A stretch of 60,235 nucleotides of DNA, the filler included, from Sphacelaria rigidula (lineage: Eukaryota), in the NCBI GenBank assembly GCA_964200075.2. It is 5 parts of 5 records of this genome, joined end to end, with 100 filler letters (N's around TTAATTAATTAA, not from the genome) between each part and the next. Parts side by side here need not be neighbours in the genome. Positions count along the whole stretch, not along the records: positions 48,272 to 60,235 come from CAXNAA020004284.1; 4 more parts are not named here. One strand, written 5' to 3'. Below the pieces are notes generated by a model. That model did no database searches. It was not told where the DNA came from and saw only the letters and a program-made list of their open reading frames with translations. The stretch's first letter is position 1; each line of letters opens with the position of its first letter. Positions 52,963 to 60,235 of this stretch are shown here, in pieces. The translations under genes were made by a program, and so were the position numbers.

Positions 52963-53625
52963 TCCTTGAGGCCGCTCCTTAGGCCAACTCTTATGGGAGC
53001 ATTTGGAATTTTATCTTGCAGTAACTTTAAACGACTTTTTTCTTTCTTCTTTGCCGTAGTCGTGTATTTTGTGCCCGTTCACCATGATGACAAAGGAAAA
53101 AAAAAACTCTTACGAAATTGTTGCAAATTAAAAATTCCAAACGCTCCCATAAGAGTTGGCCTTATAACAGACAAGAATAAAGATCTGGAAAAGTGCATTT
53201 TTTTAGCTTTAACGTCGTTTTACGCATCACAAGAGAGTTAGGCGGAGTTTGACACCTTGGAATGACTCGCTCTACTAGTTGAGGCGGTTCCAGGATATCT
53301 TCCCGTTTTCCGGTGGCCGCAGTTTTCATTTTGGCCAAACAAGAATTTTCGTCCAAGAACGGTAAAAAACAGTCAAATTTAGAAAAAATCGCCTAGACTA
53401 TGTTTTACCGTTCTTGGACGAAAAATTCTTGTTTGGTCGACATAAAAACTGCGGCCACCGGAAAACGGAAAGATATCCTGGAACCGCCTCAACTAGTAGA
53501 GCAAGTCACTCCAAGGTGTCAAACTCCGCCTTACTCTCTTGTGGGTCGTAAAACGACATAAAAGCTAAAAAAAGGCACTCTTCCAGATTTTTACTGTTGT
53601 CTGTTATAAGGAGCGGACTCAAGGA
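52963..53625. mobile_element. Foldback MITE (~220-bp arms) carrying a nested insertion in its left arm
   Basis: 53165-53367 is the near-perfect inverse of 53403-53607. The outer ends tccttgaggccgctcctta / taaggagcggactcaagga complete the arms once the nested element is removed. Confidence 0.8.
52982..53161. mobile_element. PIF/Harbinger (Tourist-like) MITE, 180 bp, TTA TSD
   Basis: tta|ggccaactcttatgggagcatttggaatttt...aaaattccaaacgctcccataagagttggcc|tta. Confidence 0.8.
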
Positions 53626-54499
53626 GGAAGAAAATTTACCCGACACTTGCCCCACGAGCGGGTTCGCGTGCCGACCACCCGAAGGCTCGGCTAGAGCGCC
53701 TCACGGTGGTCATGTGGGTTAGGCGCCTCGAACGTTCGAAAAGTACTGCTCAAGGCAGTATGGGGGGTCGAACCCGCTGAAACTCCCTGTCAACTTAGGG
53801 CGGTGCACGCGCCGCCCTACTCTTATGAGCTTCGACCCTCGGACAGCACTTGTTCTCTTCTGTCGGACGAATGAAATAGTTGTTCTGAGGAAGACACAAC
53901 GCCTCCATGAAAACAGGGGGGTCTGAGTCCATCGGGTCGTTACCACTCACAACCATGTCATCCGTGTCGTAGTCGATCCAGTACAGTCAGTAAAGTGCAG
54001 AGTACACTACAGAGTACACTACAGTACCGTGCAGTCATACTGGGCGAGTGGAGAGTACCAGGAGAGACGACCGTGCTACCACCGCATGTGGGGTATGACA
54101 ACATACACGAAGGTTTGACAAGTCGTACCCTACGGGCGAGCCGCTCTTAACGTTCTCGCAGCAGACAGACGCCTACAAGAACCGAACCTACTTGCCCAAA
54201 CTCGGACACAGACTGCGAGTGTACACGTACCATTCTCCAAAAAAACTTATCTTCTGACTGATTTAGCATCTGAGGCCGTCTTATCAAACTTTTTCCGACT
54301 CGAAGACATGCAGTCGAATCGAACTGGTCGTTACGAGGTCGAATCAGATACGTCCACGGCATTTATATTCCTAGATGGCTTCAAGTCCATTTTTATAATT
54401 AGTTGCGCGCGACGGGCAGGGTCAAAAACAGAAAAGCTTAGCTTTCTCGAGCGAAACGAGCGGCGGAATGAACGAAGCGGCACGTAACTCCCATGTTGC

Positions 54500-55650
54500 A
54501 GACCATCGTGCCAGGTACTACCCTTTCACAGAGGTAGGCAAAACCCAAATGGCTCATTCGCAGCTATTGAATACGTAGTCAACCTTGCGGCACAGATCGC
54601 GGACCGAGCGCAGGGATACACACACTGCAGTCACGGGAAACCGACATCACCACTTTTTTGGCATGTGTTTCTTCTCATTGGCGAAAACTTGGGCATCTAA
54701 TTTTGTGGCAGGGTCCACCGACGGAGTTGCGTGTCGGGGTGGGCGATCGAATTGCCAACGCGCTCAGGGACAGTCGAGGCGGTGCGAAACTGCACATGGT
54801 TCAAATCTGCTTCGCATCCTCTTGTATGTAGAGAGTCAGAAAGCTGCGTTGTCCGTCAAATCTGCTGTATGTCGCGTTGCCCGCTTATTTTCCACATCGC
54901 GGCTGCATGCTGAGCGAAACACACGCACTGTAATGCGTGAGAGGACCGCGTGCTTAGAGGACCGCATCAGAATTTAAACATCCCTATGGTTAGGGATAGG
55001 GTTAGTGTTGGGGTTGGGGTCAGGTGCGTGGGACCTGCAGGGACTGACCCGATTGGTTTCGAAAAACGTCGATCCTGGGGTATTTCGGACTACGGCGCGG
55101 TCCTCTGAGCACGCGGTCCTCTCACGCATTACACGCACTATCTGCACAACATAGTACAGTAGTAGTACAGGCCGCCACATGTGTACAGTCTGCACTGTCT
55201 GTGCTGTACTATATATAGGTGAAGAAGTGCGCATGTTGCAGACAACCCTGCCAGGCACCACCCTTTCACAGAATTAAGCAAAACCCGAATGATTCATTCG
55301 CAGCTAAGTATCCAACCCTGCGTGCGGCATAGATCACGAACTCAGCACAGGGATATATACTGCAGCGCTGATAGGAAACCGACACCACCACACTTTTATA
55401 ATGTGTTTCTTCTTGTTGGCGAAAACTTGGGCATCTAATTTTGTGGCAGGGTCCACCGACGGAGTTGTGTGTCGGGGTGGGCGATCGAATTGCCAACGCG
55501 CTCAGGGACAGTCGAGGCGGTGCAAAGCTGCCCGTGGTTCAAATCTGCTTCCTGCATGCAGAGAGTCAGAAAGCTGTGGTGTCTGACAAATCTGCTGTGT
55601 GTCGCTTGCCCGCTTATTTTCCACATCTCGCCCGCATGCTGTGCGAAACA
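54500..55650. repeat. Diverged direct duplication of ~400 bp (54500-54920 vs 55235-55650)
   Basis: Shared core ttggcgaaaacttgggcatctaattttgtggcagggtccaccgacggagttg..gtcggggtgggcgatcgaattgccaacgcgctcagggacagtcgaggcggtgc. Confidence 0.85.
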
Positions 55651-58600
55651 AACACCATCTGGACAACAGTACAGTACAGGCCGCCACAGTTATACAGTCT
55701 GTACTGTCTGCTCTGTACTGTCCAGTGGGTCTATTGAATAGAAGTAAAGAAGCACCGCTTCACGGTTTTCGCTTCGCCTTTTCGATTCAAAGCGTGCAAA
55801 TTCGCTCGGACCCAAACCTAACAAAGCGAAGTGAATCAGTTCCGCCGCACGAACTCGTTCGAGTCGGAGAAAATTTGATAAGACACCGCCTGAGGGTCGT
55901 AAAAGGGCCATTGACGCCTAGCATTGCAAAACTTGAAATATCCCCGGCATAGTTAGGGCGTATTTGGAACAGAAAACCTTGGGCCAAGTCGCCTCCAAAA
56001 ATCATGTGCAAAAAATTATTAGGCGATTTGCACCCTATGGCTGGCGGCTGCGATACCAACCCCTCCCCTTCTTGAGTCACTTATAGAAGGATAATTTTCT
56101 TCCCCAGATGGTCGAAGGGTTGACCCTTTTATTGCCGGAGGTTTCCATTCGTTGATCGGCATCATCAAGCCTTTCTGAACTTTCTGAAAATCGTTTGGGC
56201 TACTCAGAAATCAGTTTGCTCGCATAGGAACACGGAGAGGCGGCGCATTGTGGTCATCGTTTCATCACATCATATCAAACCACATCTTCGTAAGTGCCAA
56301 GAGACGCTCATCTGTAGCGGTAGTCACTTCCTGCAGTTCGCACGACACCTCCAGAAAGAGAGCATAGTTTCTGCCAGCCACGCTGTACCGTGTCTACAAA
56401 ATTATTCAAAAGGAGCTGCCTCTACGGTGCAGTGGAACAAAGGCCCAGCGTGCTCCGCTTCAGCGCGGCCACGTTCCGAACCAGTGAGGCTGCGCCGCAT
56501 TTTCCTCACGGTCAATGATTTTTCTCGTACTGTACGGTGTGCAGTCTCGATAGGACCCGAAGTGATCGTTATATGCGTGAATTAAGTGATTTTTCAAAGT
56601 AGTTTCCGGGTTACACCGAGACATGGCCTTAGCACCTATTAACCCCTGCACCACTAGGGTACACGATCTGTTGAATGGGCAAAATTTCACCATTTTTTCA
56701 AGTGTGAATGGTGCTGATTCAACATATCACCTACCCTAGCGGTCAAAGGGCCAATCACAGGGGCAAATCGCCAAATATATATTTTGATTCGATACATGAC
56801 TTCTGCTACGATCCAACTGCAGACAGCACTCCCTACCTCAAAGTTTTTCACTCGGTGATGACGAGATACACTGCGCCCGATGCAGCGGCCGGTAGACCAG
56901 GGCGTGGTTCGCAATGGGTCTTTCGATCGCGTGCTTGGTTTTGTGTCGATCGATCGTTATGAACTGAAGAAGCGTTGTTTCTTTTCGACAAATGCGTCAC
57001 TGTCAAACACTATTTTTTGAAAATTGAACAGGGAAACACTTTCACGCAGATGGCAAATGCTCGCCCAATATCCACCTACACCACTGATGAAGGGTGCTCT
57101 GTAATGCGGTAAACTATGCACACGTCTCAAAAGTGTCAGATGTTGGGGGTGAGTGTCTGTAGGTGCCGGGGGATGCGTTGAAATGTCGAGCACACGTTTT
57201 CAACGGTGGCACATCATAACCGTCGAACTTTCGTCTCATTGTTATCATACAACAGTTATTGTGCGTGGCCACCTCGCTCGAAACAGCTCAGACGATCGTT
57301 TTGGGTCGTTTTGGCAGAAACCTCAATACGAGGAAAGTTAAATGAAGAAATTAGGAACATTAATGACGTGGACCTATCAGATTGGATCTTCTCAATTCTG
57401 CCGTTCATTCTCGCCGACCAAAAATGTCATGAGCCACACCATCAAGGAAAGTAGAGAAGACCGGGACACCATTTTAGGCGAAACCAGGATGAAGGACAGG
57501 TCCGCTGGATCACTCTGAGCTGCGCTAGGCACGATTGTGCGTACCTTGTTTGTTTGCGTCATTTTTGGCAGTACACGTGTAGAAAGGGAGCAACACTGCG
57601 TGATATCTGCAAAAACAAGAGAAATCAAGCCTAAGGCGAGGTTGTTTGCACCATAGAATCAACCACCTTTTGCTGACCACATTTCCTCGAAGTGACCTGT
57701 CTTTTTGAGTGAGCGTAGAAAGTTCTTCGTGAAGTCAAACGTAGCGTAAGACATGGTGATGACATATGGTCTGTAAGGGATATCTAAATCTTCAGATGGG
57801 ATTGTGATGGACGGACGGCCTAAGTGCTACACGCCCAGCTTCGTGAGCCCTATTCGATTCATGGCGCGATCCCGCCCACCTCAACGCTCAGAGCCTCTTG
57901 TCAGGTCTGTTCGCCGGGAAAAATCAAGGAACCGGAACAGAAGCTTGCCAGAACCTTTCGCCACAAACAAACAGGCAAACCCGAAAAGCGCTTGGAGCGA
58001 CAGCATCAAGTCACCTCGAACCGAGGCATCTCGTGGCGGGCGCGGGGACGCTACACCTTTACCGTACGGTACTGTCTTCCGCCGGAACGACGACGGACAC
58101 GACCTTCATCTCGGGTAATGAGGCTCCGACGTTCATTGCTCCGACGTTCATTTGTTCGGAACCTCCAACTGCCACGCCGCTGACAGCTGTAAAAGTGGAA
58201 ACATATCGTCAATATTTTCCCAGCTCACACGACCTCTCCGAAGTGCACAGTGTCCAGGGCACAGTCCGGACTTACTTTTCCAAAAAATCGATGCGGAAAA
58301 ACTTGATCGGGGGGGGGGGGTGATGTAGTCCGTACGCTAGGGCATGCAGTTGAAGAACAACCTCGTGCTGTTTCGTCGTGTTCTCGAGGTACCTCGAGAT
58401 TTTGAACGCAACAGCCAAGACGTAAAATACATCAGACGGCATATACTAAATACTATTGCTCACGGAAGCTTAACTATCTCCTCACTCACATTGTCTTGTA
58501 CACACTGGCCGCCCGTCGAAGCTGCTTGGGCGGCACTGGACAGAGCGCCTCCTGTCATGAGCATCAGCGCCGTCAACCGCCCCGCGCACCTCATAACCCT

Positions 58601-60235
58601 CATCTGTTTCCTCCTATCTTCCACTGGGTGCAATAATTACTCTGCCCAAGAGATTCGGCCAGGACGTTCACCGAATGCGAAGAGCCAGTTATAGGAGCCA
58701 GTTGCAAGTTCGGTACTGTCCTCTGCTGTGTCTGTGTGCATCGACACAGCAGTCAATAAAGCCAGCCCCGCACAACGATGAACACATGGAAGTTGACACT
58801 TCAGACCCGCGGTCATTTTTCTTCTCCTGAAGAGGCAAAACCCCAATCTTTGACAGAGAGTAACATGATTGAACGCATGCTATGCCTCTGACTGCAATAA
58901 AATTTTGTAGAAAGTAAATTATTTAGAGAGTAGATGCAATATTTACCTCGGCCCTCCCACGCTAAAATTCGATTCAGTCGCGTTTTTCGATCCAGAAAAT
59001 ACAAGAACTCCCGGCCGAACGAATAGATAATGACATATTGCATTATACTTTCGAATTCCTGTTCCCAAGTGCTACAGGCTATGAGTGTCACATGCCGATT
59101 GAGAAGAAGCTGTCTCAGCAGTATGGCCACTTCCGAGGAGCGTACAAGCGGAACGCTGGAGGCCTGCTTTAACGATAAACGCAGGCACAAGTGCTTGCTG
59201 GGACACAAGGCGCGGACCTTCGACTTCCAGGTGAAGGCTACGAAACATGGATCATGCAGCACCGACGTTCATAATTCAAAATTTGAGAAAACTTCGTCGA
59301 TGGCAGGATCAGTGGGACGCTGATCGCCGAATGCCTCTGGTGCGTAGTTACTGACCATCATTCGCGGACTTTCGTCATATTCGCGCACCTCTTACGGTTG
59401 AACGTCATGAGTTGTGTGTGATTGCAGTATCACGTGGGAAAAGCACCTGAAAAAATTCCGATCAAGAACCATCCAGAATCGTCCCAAAAGTTTGAATTTT
59501 CAAAATCATCGCGCTGGTCCTTGTCAAAAGTATTGCGAAGTCAGTCATGGTCCATGATCATCCACGTAATCGGTACAGCACCTCTACGAGTATGTGCAGT
59601 GAGGTTGAAAACCCTCTGTGTCCAACAGCAATAATCCCTCACACCCCTCCAACAGCCGCTAAACATGCCCGTTTTGCCAACGCTATTAATCCTCGCGCGG
59701 GATAAACTGTCACAGCCATCGTGGTCGACATGAGGGATAAATGGCAAATTGAGCACGGGGGTACCTATCGCCTCGTTTATAAATATAGATCGCTCTGCTT
59801 CGCATCACACTTCCAATTTTCCTATCCTTTCTCACATTGAAATGGAATGGAAAAGGGACAGAAGAGACAGACGCCCTCAATCAAGAAAAGCAAGAACGGC
59901 ATACAAGCAGAAGAAGGGACGGAAAGAAAGTAAGGGCCATAGATTGACGATGACAATTCTTTCGCGCATCGCACCACGCAAATTCCAGACATTATCGTTC
60001 TAGCCCGAGTGACGTCCTTCCACGTGCGCAAGGCTGCGCAGGAAGGCGGAGCTGAGACCGGAGTCGTCGCCCGGCAAGTCCCCACTAGGTTCTCTCAATC
60101 TATCCCTGGCCACTACTTGTAGATCCGTCTTGACGTACACGTACAACACGTGCCTCCCGGAATGCCAGTGGGCATCGAACGAGGCAAACGCGCTAGTGCC
60201 ACCCCCAGTAGTGCAATCGTACTTGAGCCATTTCC

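Noticed and set aside
54985-55025. Telomere-like TTAGGG tract
   Set aside because: Only a few degenerate units, internal to the contig.

Overview
Eukaryotic, intron-rich and repeat-rich DNA. It is most likely a photosynthetic stramenopile such as a brown alga (inferred from long GT-AG introns, a plastid Tab2-family gene and MITE/SINE-dense intergenic DNA). The window is not one locus. It is five ~12-kb contigs of decreasing length (11972, 11967, 11967, 11965, 11964 bp) joined by artificial 100-nt N..TTAATTAATTAA..N spacers, so nothing can be inferred across the joins. Contig 1 holds the main discovery, which the ORF track omits because no stop codon falls in the window. It is a minus-strand gene for a >3,500-aa protein with two PSI (plexin-type, Cys-rich) domains on small exons. 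These are followed by one >10.2-kb exon of ~15-aa Gly-rich beta-type repeats, interrupted mid-way by a Peptidase S74 / intramolecular-chaperone autoprocessing domain (SDERIK...GVIAQ), the type known from phage tail spikes and MYRF. The architecture suggests a self-cleaving, trimeric, phage-fibre-like extracellular filament. The other contigs contain a partial orphan gene, a chromodomain Gypsy integrase relic, the 3' exons of a Tab2-family gene, four exons of a soluble fumarate-reductase-type flavoprotein and many non-autonomous transposons.
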